A stretch of DNA of 55,164 nucleotides from a virus (lineage: Duplodnaviria > Caudoviricetes), in IMG/VR virus record IMGVR_UViG_3300046816_000301, positions 1 through 55,164 of that record. One strand, 5' to 3'. The position numbers and the translations under genes are program-made. Below, in pieces: positions 44,741 to 54,144 of the stretch. The notes under the pieces were generated by a model. The model had not been told where the DNA came from and ran no database searches. It saw nothing but the letters and a program-made list of their open reading frames with translations. The first letter of the stretch is position 1. The number at the start of each line of letters is the position of its first letter.

Positions 44741-47700
44741 GCTACAGCTCCTTCGAGTATCTCAATACGCGCCATCGCTTCCTGCAGCGCGCGAGCCAGG
44801 GCGGCGACAACCGTCGATAGATTAGGGGATTGGATGCAGTTAGGCGCGTCCTTATAACCGTTCGCGGCGCTCTGGATCAGCGTCTCCTGCAACTCGTGCG
44901 CGACAAAGCCCCAGCGTTCCAGCGGGTCCGCGACTGTCTTGAGTTCTGCGTTGCCCCTGATCGTGTAGGATATCGGGCGCAGCGCCTTGACCATCTCCCA
45001 AGTCGACGGCAGCTCGACGACATTCTCCTTGATCCGATAATCCGAGCTGACGGTGATCACTCCCGTATCGACCGTATCCACCCACAGGTGAAAGGCCGCG
45101 CCGGTCCACTGCAGGTTAAAGGCGTTGCCCTGAGCCGGCCCGCTAAATCCCGACCGTGATTGAAAACCCGGCGCGCCAAAAACACCATTATTAGCGATAG
45201 CTACTGTCGTACCGCCTATGGCGAACTGGATTTGACCCGTGCCACCATGTTGCAGTGTCGTATTGGCGTTGGCACCGGCTAGCCGAATAATCCTAAAATC
45301 AAGGCTGTTTGTCGTATTAGTTTTGAAGTCTAGATAAACATTTCCATTAGCAGTCCTAGCATTACTACCGAGCTGCAACTGAACATCACCCGCACCGATC
45401 TCGTTGACGCGAGCATTGGCTCCGTTCACCACCAGCGTACCGCCGAGCGTCGTGGAGCCGCCGACGCCCAGCGATCCGGTAAAATTCGCCAAGCCGTCGC
45501 CGCGCACCGTGAAACCCGCCGTGCCCGGTGCATTCTGTCCGTAGATCATCCAGTCCGATGCGTTCGTACCGGCTGACACATACAACCCATCCGAGCTGCC
45601 AGCAGTGTTAGGGCTGGTGACGGCCACAGAAAACCCACCCGCCGTGCCGTTGACCGTGAGGTCCCCAGACAGCGTGCCGCCGGCCAGGGGCAAGTAATTC
45701 CCAAGCTGCGCCACCGTCGCGTAGCTCTGATTGACCGCCGCCGTCACCAGACCCTTGGCGTTGACGGTGAGGCCCTGGAACGTGCCGACGTTAGCATTGA
45801 CTGTCGCGAGGGTATTAACCGTTCCGCCAGCCGCGCTGGTCACGTCCCCCGTATAGGCCGGCACAGCCGTCAGGTAAGCAACGTTGGAGCCGGCAGTAGC
45901 CAGCCCCTTAGCATTGATCGTGATGTTATTCCAAGTGCCGATATTCGAGTTCACAACTGGCAGCGTGTTGACCGTCGAGCCGGCGGGGCTGGTGACATCG
46001 CCAGTGTAGGCGGGCATAAAGCTCGCGGCCAATGAGGCGGTTGACGATGTGATTGTTGTCGCGCTCGCAGCGATCGGGAGCTGCCCGGCGACCATCCCAG
46101 AAAGCCCGCTGCTGCCGGTGATGACCGGCACATTGTTGACAAAAAGCCCTGTCGCGTTAAGCGTGCCGGCACCCTTATTACCGCCAGTCGGCGCGCCGAG
46201 GACGACCCCACCCACGCCGCTCACCGAGAACCCGTTGGAGACAAACGCCGTCGTCAGCGTCGCATGGCTGAGATCGATACCCGTCGCGTAAGTAAACGCC
46301 CCGGTGTTAAATAAAGTGCCGGTTGGCTTAACCCCGCCGGCCCCGCCGTTCGCCGCCGGGAACGAGCCGATCTTGATGCCGTCCTGAAACCCGACAGATG
46401 ACGGCCCCGGTGTCGCCGAGCTGTTTTCGATACACAACCCGACATCGCGAAACGAACCCACCCCGGTCGAACCACCGATATCGACGATCTGTACGCCAAT
46501 CTTCTCAACTACATTGGCGTGAAGCAGAATGTCGGCTTCGATCACGCACGCTGCAGTCGACGCGCTGACCGCGCTCGCATTGATCGTAACAGTCGGGTTA
46601 GCCCCTTCAAAATACCCCGAACCTCCGTTGCATATCGCGTTGGGTTGTACGCCTACGTAGAACTGATTGGGCTGACCATACCCGGTCTGCATGTTGATAT
46701 CGAGGGCGAGTCGACAGCCAGTGCCGCCCGAGTTCATCGTCTCCTGTATCAGCGTCCCGACGTAGAAATTATTGGTCGCGAGCGGGACAGCATCAGCCGC
46801 CGAAAACATGTAAGCCCCAAACCCAGTCGTGCTGGGGCCACCAGTGACGCTTACGTCAGACCTGACCCCCCATTTAGGTGTTGAAAATGTAATAGCCTGA
46901 GTAGCTGCTCCGCTGCCGTCGATGGATATACCCTTAGTGACAAACGCGTTATTAGTGAAGGTCGCACTCCCCAGGTCGATACCGGAGCCAAACGTATTCG
47001 CCGCCGTCGTAAACAACGTACCCGTCGTCTTGACACCGTGGCTCCCGCCGCCGCTGCCGATCAGAATACCGGTAAGATACCCTACGGCACTCGTGTCGCT
47101 GTCGATCACCAGCGCCGCGTCGGCAGCGGAGCCGATCCCGATAGATCCCGGCACATCGGCGATCTTAATGCCGATCTTGTTTGCTACCGACGATCTCTGG
47201 ATCAGCGTGTCAACTTCCAGTCCTGCCGCCAGCACCGTAGACGCCGCGCTCGCGCCGATCGTCACCGTCGGGTTCGCGCCGATAAACGCCCCGCTACCGC
47301 CGGTACACACCGCGTTGGTTTGCAGCGGCACGTAAAAATGGTTAACCCCGCCAAACCCCGTAGTCATGTCGACATCGAGTGTCACACGATGCCCGGTCCC
47401 GCCCGAGTTCATCTGATCGGCGTAATGCGCCATCGTGTAAAAATTAGATCCGGTCTGAAACGTCTCACCAACCGAATAGATGTAAGTACTTGGAGGCGTG
47501 CTAGACCCGGAACCGGTGACGTTCGAGACAATCGCACTCGACGACGTAACCGACATCGTCTGTCCGAGCGTACCCGTCAAAACACCGCCGGCGAGTGGAA
47601 GAAACGGTACGCCGCTAGAGCCGCCACCGCCGCCAGCACCGGGGGCCGATCCGCTGGGGCTTTGCACCGCCGCCGGGCTGAGTACCCCAAAACCTATGAG

Positions 47701-47907
47701 ATCGCGAAACGTCACTGCCCGGTTAGATGCGTCGCCGCGCTGTCCGATCAGGCTCTCAGTGGATGCCTTGAGCGCCTCGACGCAAGCACGCAGGTTATTT
47801 ACGTCGGTCGTCGGCGCGGGAATTGGCGGCGTAAACGGATTGTTGTTGGGACGCGTCGAGACCCGCCGGGGCAGCTGCGAGCCAATAGGCGGTGCAACGC
47901 CGGCCAT
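44737..47907 (-). CDS. Tail fibre/spike 1 with C-terminal intramolecular chaperone (peptidase S74)
   Basis: G/S/T-rich beta repeats, YLPLAGGTLSG, SDYRIKENV...LRPISY...GFVAHELQE. Confidence 0.88.
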   Translation of the reverse strand: MAGVAPPIGSQLPRRVSTRPNNNPFTPPIPAPTTDVNNLRACVEALKASTESLIGQRGDASNRAVTFRDLIGFGVLSPAAVQSPSGSAPGAGGGGGSSGVPFLPLAGGVLTGTLGQTMSVTSSSAIVSNVTGSGSSTPPSTYIYSVGETFQTGSNFYTMAHYADQMNSGGTGHRVTLDVDMTTGFGGVNHFYVPLQTNAVCTGGSGAFIGANPTVTIGASAASTVLAAGLEVDTLIQRSSVANKIGIKIADVPGSIGIGSAADAALVIDSDTSAVGYLTGILIGSGGGSHGVKTTGTLFTTAANTFGSGIDLGSATFTNNAFVTKGISIDGSGAATQAITFSTPKWGVRSDVSVTGGPSTTGFGAYMFSAADAVPLATNNFYVGTLIQETMNSGGTGCRLALDINMQTGYGQPNQFYVGVQPNAICNGGSGYFEGANPTVTINASAVSASTAACVIEADILLHANVVEKIGVQIVDIGGSTGVGSFRDVGLCIENSSATPGPSSVGFQDGIKIGSFPAANGGAGGVKPTGTLFNTGAFTYATGIDLSHATLTTAFVSNGFSVSGVGGVVLGAPTGGNKGAGTLNATGLFVNNVPVITGSSGLSGMVAGQLPIAASATTITSSTASLAASFMPAYTGDVTSPAGSTVNTLPVVNSNIGTWNNITINAKGLATAGSNVAYLTAVPAYTGDVTSAAGGTVNTLATVNANVGTFQGLTVNAKGLVTAAVNQSYATVAQLGNYLPLAGGTLSGDLTVNGTAGGFSVAVTSPNTAGSSDGLYVSAGTNASDWMIYGQNAPGTAGFTVRGDGLANFTGSLGVGGSTTLGGTLVVNGANARVNEIGAGDVQLQLGSNARTANGNVYLDFKTNTTNSLDFRIIRLAGANANTTLQHGGTGQIQFAIGGTTVAIANNGVFGAPGFQSRSGFSGPAQGNAFNLQWTGAAFHLWVDTVDTGVITVSSDYRIKENVVELPSTWEMVKALRPISYTIRGNAELKTVADPLERWGFVAHELQETLIQSAANGYKDAPNCIQSPNLSTVVAALARALQEAMARIEILEGAVA

Positions 47908-49655
47908 CAGACGCCCTTCAGCTCCGCCAACGTCGTCGAAAGTTGGATCGACGATATAGGCACCCGCGCGACGATTTCAGCTTGGTGATCAAACGCCTTA
48001 AATCCCTTAGGCAGTCGGAAGATTTCCATCTGCTTCGTGAGGTCGCGGGTCATAATGAGAACAAGCTTAGGCCCGGCATAGTAACGAAACTGCGCGTTTA
48101 TGCCGGCCGGCAGCTGCATCGTCGGATCGCCGTTATCAAGCGGGATCGGATCGCTCGGCGGCGTATCAAGGACCTGCGGATCAAGCTCGACCTGCGCGGC
48201 TCCCAGGTTGATCGGCATCGGCGAGAAGAACTGCTTCGACCGCCAGCGATAAATCAACGGAGCAGAAGTCGGGCAGTCCCATTCATAAATCTTACCGCCC
48301 GAACACACCAACGTGTCACCGGTATACTCATCGTTCCAGATGCACACCACATTATTAAGCGTGCTCAGATCCTCGACGCCGAGCCGCTGCGGCTCGGAGT
48401 AGTCAATGATAAACCCAAGGGGTGTTTGGTTTATGGCGATGTATTGCGACCGATGCCGCGCCGAGATCAAACTATCGGCGTGATACCTCGTCAGCCAGTT
48501 ATTCTTGGACAGGAGCTGCTCGGTGATGTTCTGCACACCATACCCGGTCAGCTCGATCAGACCGTTATGTGATGCGTAATACACCCCTGTCGTGTCAACC
48601 ACCACCGACCCCCGGGCGATGCACGGCTCAGCCACCTGGGTCTGTGTAATAACGATGTTGGACGGCATATTGCCGGACCCCGTCGAGGGGTAACCCTGCG
48701 TCAGCACCATAAGGTACTGCTGCCATACCGCTAGCGCGACGACGGTGTAGTGAGCACTCTGATCGTAGACGCTAGGCCAAGTGTGCGGCCGGTCCGGCTC
48801 GGTGAAGTGCACGGTGTTGGTGGTGAAGCCGCAGAGAAACCCACCCGGCATCGCCACCAACCCGTCGAGACCAGTCGGCGGGTTTTCCCAAGTAGAAGAC
48901 TCAAGTATTAAATTACTGACAATCTCCCCATCAAGGTGGGTATCGACAAAGACGTCACTACCCTGCGGCAGAACGATGTCGCCTACTTCATAAAACTGCG
49001 CCCCGGTCGTCGTGCTGGTGATCGTCCGATAGATCCTATATTTAATTATCGCCGGATAAGTAACCCCAGGCGGGTTAGCAGGGGCAGCTGTCGGAAACCC
49101 CGAGACCGTCCATGTCGCATCAGGCAAGCCTGCCACGACGTCGCTCGCCGCAGAGGGCGCGCTCTCCTCGCCAAACTCATTGATGTAGGTGTAGAGGTAG
49201 CTACGCTCAATCTCATCCACCCCCGTCGTACCGCCAGTCACGCTGACGATAACCGGCGCCGGCCCCGACGGCTGGACAATCCCGAGATTATACGGCGGCT
49301 GACTGGCCGCAATCCGTGCCCGCGTATTAAACCACGGCACCGGATCACCGGGGTTGGTCCAGTAGATCCGCTGCTGTGTGTCGTTGGCTAGCGGCGAGCG
49401 CACTACGCAGCTGTAGCGCGAGGGGAGGGGTAGCCAGACTTCTGGCCCAGTGCTGTCAGCCGGGAAGCGGTAAGCCCGCTCCACGACCGGCAGCGCGCCG
49501 GAGAGGTCAATCTCAAATTCGACCTGGGGCAGCCCCTGGAGCTGCCCCCCAGTCAGGTCGCAGTTCACCGCCTCGACCGCCATGTTGTCGCCGATCAGAC
49601 GGTTGTCGGTGCGGGGGATCATGCCCCCCATACCTTTGATCTCCCAGGCGACCAA
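47907..49655 (-). CDS. Tail nozzle / packaged-DNA stabilisation protein
   Basis: 582 aa beta-rich; Y.YTY...GEESAPS, F.EP..PH.WP, Y.WRSK.F. Confidence 0.75.
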   Translation of the reverse strand: MVAWEIKGMGGMIPRTDNRLIGDNMAVEAVNCDLTGGQLQGLPQVEFEIDLSGALPVVERAYRFPADSTGPEVWLPLPSRYSCVVRSPLANDTQQRIYWTNPGDPVPWFNTRARIAASQPPYNLGIVQPSGPAPVIVSVTGGTTGVDEIERSYLYTYINEFGEESAPSAASDVVAGLPDATWTVSGFPTAAPANPPGVTYPAIIKYRIYRTITSTTTGAQFYEVGDIVLPQGSDVFVDTHLDGEIVSNLILESSTWENPPTGLDGLVAMPGGFLCGFTTNTVHFTEPDRPHTWPSVYDQSAHYTVVALAVWQQYLMVLTQGYPSTGSGNMPSNIVITQTQVAEPCIARGSVVVDTTGVYYASHNGLIELTGYGVQNITEQLLSKNNWLTRYHADSLISARHRSQYIAINQTPLGFIIDYSEPQRLGVEDLSTLNNVVCIWNDEYTGDTLVCSGGKIYEWDCPTSAPLIYRWRSKQFFSPMPINLGAAQVELDPQVLDTPPSDPIPLDNGDPTMQLPAGINAQFRYYAGPKLVLIMTRDLTKQMEIFRLPKGFKAFDHQAEIVARVPISSIQLSTTLAELKGV

Positions 49656-49661
49656 GAGAAA

Positions 49662-50315
49662 CTACTCCCTGCGATGCCTGCCACGATGATTATCGTGCTC
49701 TTCGGGTTCCTGCCGTGGCACCGATCGTGCCGGTTCAGACGCCGCCGGTGCAGCTGCGACGACAGCAGCGGCGATCGCCACCGCGTTGGACGGCGGAGCA
49801 TCGGTCGCGCCGTAATCGTTAGTCGCGGTCACGACACTGGTCAGGCTGTGCCCCGCGTCGCCAGGCTGGATCGTGTAAAAAGTCCCCGCCGCGATCTGGG
49901 TCTCGCCGTCGCTCATCCAGACGCTGGAATAGAGCTTTGGCTCGCCCTCCCAGTTACCCATCGTACACGAAAGCTCGTCGCCGACGGCAGCCGAGGCTGG
50001 CATCACCGCCGGCACGTCGACGTTCTTAGGCGGCAATCCTGGCACGGGATTACCCCCCGCGTCAGGCGGGATCGAGTCGAGCATCGTCCCATAAGGCACC
50101 GTATCCGGCGGCACGACGAGCGTAACTCCACCCTGTTCCGGGTGTAGGTAGGGGTCCGGGACATTAGCTGCGTCGGCAGCCGCCCAGGCCACGTACGCGT
50201 CCCACTCGGCGCTGTTAGCCTCGCAGGCAACCCAGGTACCATCGGCTTTGATCACCCCCGAATAGGGTGGGCAATCCGGGACGTAATCGGAAGCGTGCTG
50301 ATAAGCTGCGGCCAT
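49662..50315 (-). CDS. Virion protein with C-terminal Ig-like domain
   Basis: VGDELSCTMGNW.GEP..Y...W...YTIQPGDAGHSLTSVVTATN; GAGGAGG RBS before ATG 50315. Confidence 0.7.
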   Translation of the reverse strand: MAAAYQHASDYVPDCPPYSGVIKADGTWVACEANSAEWDAYVAWAAADAANVPDPYLHPEQGGVTLVVPPDTVPYGTMLDSIPPDAGGNPVPGLPPKNVDVPAVMPASAAVGDELSCTMGNWEGEPKLYSSVWMSDGETQIAAGTFYTIQPGDAGHSLTSVVTATNDYGATDAPPSNAVAIAAAVVAAAPAASEPARSVPRQEPEEHDNHRGRHRRE

Positions 50316-50329
50316 GATGTTCCTCCTCT

Positions 50330-50343
50330 TCCCTACGTAGGGA
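50330..50343. repeat. Palindrome P copy, no spacer (intergenic, between stop and RBS)
   Basis: TCCCTACGTAGGGA. Confidence 0.95.
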
Positions 50344-50592
50344 CTAAACGCTCCCCGCGCCGGTGGTGTTGCGGTTGGGCAAAGCCGGCCCGCCAAGGGA
50401 GCCGCTCTTCTTCGCCAGCGCCCGCTTCAGCGAGACCGGGCCGCCAGTCGATGCCGGCCCCGGGATCGGCCGCTGCGGCACGGAGTGCCCCCAAGTACCG
50501 CCCGAATTATTAACGTTGTTGTCGTCGCCGGTGTCGTTAGTGCCGCCGCCCTTGCCTTTGTAATAAGGCCCACCAATTTGCCCGTGCATCAT
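50344..50592 (-). CDS. Small Gly-rich protein
   Basis: AGGAGG RBS before ATG 50592/50589 (internal start of ORF 50344..50811). Confidence 0.5.
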   Translation of the reverse strand: MMHGQIGGPYYKGKGGGTNDTGDDNNVNNSGGTWGHSVPQRPIPGPASTGGPVSLKRALAKKSGSLGGPALPNRNTTGAGSV

Positions 50593-52244
50593 AGTCCTCC
50601 TGCGTCGAGACGATCCGCGATCTGCTGGATCGCGCGGATAATCGCGTCGAGACGATCCGCGATCTGCTGGATCGCGCGGATAATATAGGGGGTGAGGTTC
50701 TGGTTGTTGATGTACATCGGCTCGTCGGCAAAAGGCGCGGTACCTGTCGCAACCGGTATTGTCTCCTCGAGTTCCTGCGCGACGAGACCGCATTCCACCG
50801 GGCTGGCCCAAGGCATAAGCTCGCGCCCCTTAGCGTTCCACTCAAACGCGCGTACCGGAGTTTGGCGAAGTATCTCCAGAGCATCCACGTCGGTATCGCG
50901 GATATTATCCTTGAGACGGACATCCGAATACGAGCTGTCACTATTAAAAATAAAACCGCTGGTTCCGCCGTCTGGGCTAACGCTCAAATGGCCGGTAGTC
51001 ATACCAAACTGCATGCTATCCCAATCACCGGCCCAGCACTCGACCCTGGCACCTTTTGAACCACCTATAGTCCGGCGAAAAACACCTTGGGCAGCAATAT
51101 CGTTAGTTACATTCATGTTACGACCTGCAGTGACATCACGGCCGGCAATGAGATCCAGTTGCGTACCGATATTCTGACCCGAGCTGATGGGCGTGTTAGA
51201 CGCGAGGACGGCACTCGTCCATTGCCCGAGGGGCGTGGCGGCGTTCGTCTCAAAAACATGCGTATCGGCACGGTACATATTCGTGTTATTCGCCGTGCTC
51301 CCGAGCAAGAGGCACTGACGCTGCGAGGCGTCGTAGACCACATTGTAGTTGGCGTCGCCACTAAGAACTGTTTTTCCGTTCAGGGCCAAAATACCTACCC
51401 CGCTAACAAAAAACCGTTCAAAACCACTATGGTCGTGAACCGCAAAACCGGCGTTGTTAACACCTAGTTGTATCTGAACATAATTAGCATCGCCAAAAAG
51501 AAACGGACCACCAACAGAGTTGACGTTACCATTTGAACTGTTGAGATAAAGGTAATTTCCGCAAGTAATATTTCCGCTGGCGAAACTAACAAGCGCAGTA
51601 GGCGTACCCGAGCTGCTCGTAATAATCAATGATCCATTACCAGATCCTGGACGCAGCGACATATTTGTCCCGTCAGCCGATATATTCGGCCCTGCCGAAG
51701 ACGCGCCGAAGAAAAACGCTGACTGTCCTGAAAGATATAGTGAGCCGCTAGCAGTAAGATTACCGGATACGCTAAAACCGGTATTAGTAAGACTCGCCAT
51801 TGTAGTTACGTTCTGATCAAACCAGAGATACGCGCCGCCGCTGGGACCGAGCCTAAAAGCAAAATTCGTATCAGCCTGGATGTTTGGTCCTGCACTGATC
51901 GAACCATTGAAATGAATAGACGGACCACCAAGATAAAGATTGCCCGTCGTCGTCAGGTCGCCGTTCCAACCGCCCTGAAAGCTAAAAGTATTTCCCGCAA
52001 TATTAAGCGTGCCCAGCGTCGCCCATTCAGACGCCACGTAGCTCCCCGCTGTCGCCCGGGCTGCCGTCGCCATGCGCAGCGACGGTCCGGGCGGCGGGCC
52101 GCCGGTCGCCATCCACAACTTGAACTGACCCGCCCCGCCGCCCGCGCCGCTCGGCGGAACTGTACCGGAAGACAGCTCAAGATCGTTGTCGAGGCGCAGG
52201 CCGACCAGGCGGTCACCTTGGAGATAGGGATAGTTACGCGGCAT
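50589..52244 (-). CDS. Tail fibre/spike 2 with C-terminal intramolecular chaperone (peptidase S74)
   Basis: G/S/N-rich body, SDVRLKDNI...F.W...GLVAQELE; lower GC than neighbouring genes. Confidence 0.85.
   Translation of the reverse strand: MPRNYPYLQGDRLVGLRLDNDLELSSGTVPPSGAGGGAGQFKLWMATGGPPPGPSLRMATAARATAGSYVASEWATLGTLNIAGNTFSFQGGWNGDLTTTGNLYLGGPSIHFNGSISAGPNIQADTNFAFRLGPSGGAYLWFDQNVTTMASLTNTGFSVSGNLTASGSLYLSGQSAFFFGASSAGPNISADGTNMSLRPGSGNGSLIITSSSGTPTALVSFASGNITCGNYLYLNSSNGNVNSVGGPFLFGDANYVQIQLGVNNAGFAVHDHSGFERFFVSGVGILALNGKTVLSGDANYNVVYDASQRQCLLLGSTANNTNMYRADTHVFETNAATPLGQWTSAVLASNTPISSGQNIGTQLDLIAGRDVTAGRNMNVTNDIAAQGVFRRTIGGSKGARVECWAGDWDSMQFGMTTGHLSVSPDGGTSGFIFNSDSSYSDVRLKDNIRDTDVDALEILRQTPVRAFEWNAKGRELMPWASPVECGLVAQELEETIPVATGTAPFADEPMYINNQNLTPYIIRAIQQIADRLDAIIRAIQQIADRLDAGGL
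50602..50684. repeat. Exact tandem duplication, 42-bp period, at the end of tail fibre 2
   Basis: Encodes IIRAIQQIADRLDA twice. Confidence 0.92.
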
Positions 52245-52252
52245 TGCTCACC

Positions 52253-53038
52253 TCACCCGAGGAATGCGTATCGCGACGCCAGCACGATCCAGTGTGCGCC
52301 GGTCCACTCGAAAATCAAATCGTCATAGTTGATATCGCTGACAAAACTAGAGGCGGCGTAAATCGTATTACCGGGCGCGCCCTGGTAAGTAATCGGAAAA
52401 GCCCCGGCGTTGCCGGTAATATCCACCGGCGCGACCCGCTGTAGCTGGGTCGGGGTTATCGGCAAGGTGACGATGATCGGCGCACCGCTGGTGTTCTGTA
52501 CGTAAACCCGGCCGTTGTAACCCATCGGGATTGTCGTAGAGCCGTTGACGATGATCGGCTGGCCCCCGGCGGACGGGTCAGGCGTTGCCGCCGCGACCAT
52601 GTTCAGGTTGAGTGGCTTTTCAATCGTCACAAGACAGTCGACCTGCTTGCGCCGAGGCTGCGCCTCCGACGAGGTGGCAATTACGCTAACCACGTAATTC
52701 AAGCCTGGCGTCCCAGCCGAGACGCGAACCTGGACCTGAGATGCCGACAAGGTAATCGCCGCCGACTGGATCATCAGTGGGTAGGTATCCGCAGGGGGTT
52801 GAGTGACGGACGTATTATCCAGCGGATAGTCGTTCTGCCAAGGCGGAACCGGCACCGCGCCCTCAAGCTGCACCGCCGGCTGCGCAATCGCGCCGATCGT
52901 CTCGCCTGCATTGAGCCAACAGGTAAAGTCGAATACCAACAAGGTAACGTCGAGGTTTTCCTTGGTCACCGGCCCAAACGGCTGAACCGTGTAAGGCATC
53001 ACACTAAAAAAATAATCGCCGCCGCTGCCACCGTCCAT
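52253..53038 (-). CDS. Structural protein (fibre adaptor-like)
   Basis: FDFTCWL..GETI...VSAGT.G..Y.V N-domain and a short beta-rich C-domain. Confidence 0.6.
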   Translation of the reverse strand: MDGGSGGDYFFSVMPYTVQPFGPVTKENLDVTLLVFDFTCWLNAGETIGAIAQPAVQLEGAVPVPPWQNDYPLDNTSVTQPPADTYPLMIQSAAITLSASQVQVRVSAGTPGLNYVVSVIATSSEAQPRRKQVDCLVTIEKPLNLNMVAAATPDPSAGGQPIIVNGSTTIPMGYNGRVYVQNTSGAPIIVTLPITPTQLQRVAPVDITGNAGAFPITYQGAPGNTIYAASSFVSDINYDDLIFEWTGAHWIVLASRYAFLG

Positions 53039-53049
53039 CGGCGTTCTCC

Positions 53050-53712
53050 TTACCAGCGACCGGGAAAGTGGCCGCCGCCACGCCCGCTCGGATACCCACC
53101 CGCCGCAAAGTACGGGAAGCTCCAGCTCGACCCCTCACGGACGTGCGCCGCTTGCGCCTCGGCGCGGGCGCCTGCGACGCCCTTGCGGTACATAGAGGTG
53201 CAAAGCTGCGCTGCTTTCATATCGCCGTAAGGCTTCGCCGGCTGCATGTAGAGCCGTGCCAACGCACCGTTGTAGAGCGCATCGAAGTAAGTCGTCCACA
53301 CATCGTATGGCAGGCAGGTATTGATGCTCCTAGGCTTGAGCGACAGCAGGACCTCGCCGTTGCGCGTCGTGGTAGGCGGTGGCGAGGTCAGATCACGGAT
53401 GCGCCCCGGCGGCTCGAACTTAACCCGATCGAGACCACTAAACCCAAGAAAGCGTGACACGCGCCAGTCCTGATCGTAGGGGTCAAAACTTATGGTCAAA
53501 ACACCGGGGTCCAGACGCCAGTAGACATGTTCCCGACGATAGGTGCTCGTCATGTAAAAATCCTCGATGGTGTTCCAGATCACCATCGACAGGACTTCGG
53601 TCGTCAGCCCGGGAATGATCGCCCCGATATTGTCAAACAACCGGTCAACGTTCGGCTCCGGCGACAGGTAGCCAGGCAGCTCGCAGATCGGGGTCGAGGA
53701 GGGACCGCTCAT
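53050..53712 (-). CDS. Putative head-tail adaptor
   Basis: IPG....L...I.DF, L..GALARLYMQPAKPY; downstream of the capsid gene. Confidence 0.65.
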   Translation of the reverse strand: MSGPSSTPICELPGYLSPEPNVDRLFDNIGAIIPGLTTEVLSMVIWNTIEDFYMTSTYRREHVYWRLDPGVLTISFDPYDQDWRVSRFLGFSGLDRVKFEPPGRIRDLTSPPPTTTRNGEVLLSLKPRSINTCLPYDVWTTYFDALYNGALARLYMQPAKPYGDMKAAQLCTSMYRKGVAGARAEAQAAHVREGSSWSFPYFAAGGYPSGRGGGHFPGRW

Positions 53713-54074
53713 GATTGCACCGAGAGAATTTGTGCGACGAACTTATTCATCAACGACACCGCGCGGCCGTCGGTGCTAAAAGTGTCCTCGGTCAACTCCG
53801 AGCGCCCGACGACATAAAACAGGCACGGCGCATAAAACAAAATGTCACTTACCGGAAACGGCGTATCGGCGTCGGTCGGCATCACGTATTGCGGCACTGA
53901 CAGGCGCAGCCCAAAGCCGAGCCACGCATCCGGGCGCTTGTTGCGAAGCTGGTACAACGCGTCGTTGAGCGCGTGTACCAGATCGCTGTCCTCAAAGCGC
54001 GGGGCGCCCGAGATCGGAACGGTGTCGTTCAATATCTCGCGCGCCTCGCCAAGCAAGTCACCAACGGTCTTCAT
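53709..54074 (-). CDS. Putative head-closure/adaptor protein
   Basis: AREILND...R...DL...LNDAL......RPD motif. Confidence 0.65.
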   Translation of the reverse strand: MKTVGDLLGEAREILNDTVPISGAPRFEDSDLVHALNDALYQLRNKRPDAWLGFGLRLSVPQYVMPTDADTPFPVSDILFYAPCLFYVVGRSELTEDTFSTDGRAVSLMNKFVAQILSVQS

Positions 54075-54102
54075 CTGCGCCTCCGTAGGGAGGGTTATAC
54101 TC

Positions 54103-54117
54103 TCCCTACCGTAGGGA
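54103..54117. repeat. Palindrome P copy (after capsid gene)
   Basis: TCCCTACCGTAGGGA, with an extra half-site CCGTAGGGA at 54083-54091. Confidence 0.95.
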
Positions 54118-54144
54118 ACGGTCTACAGAACCTGTAGATACCGA

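Noticed and set aside
44737-52244. Diversity-generating retroelement acting on the tail fibres
   Set aside because: No reverse transcriptase and no TR/VR pair differing at adenines; the 42-bp duplication is exact.
4337-54117. Palindrome P as an intrinsic terminator or parS site
   Set aside because: The loop is only 0-3 nt and most copies lack a T-tail, and several sit mid-gene. The sequence does not match the parS consensus and no ParB gene is seen.
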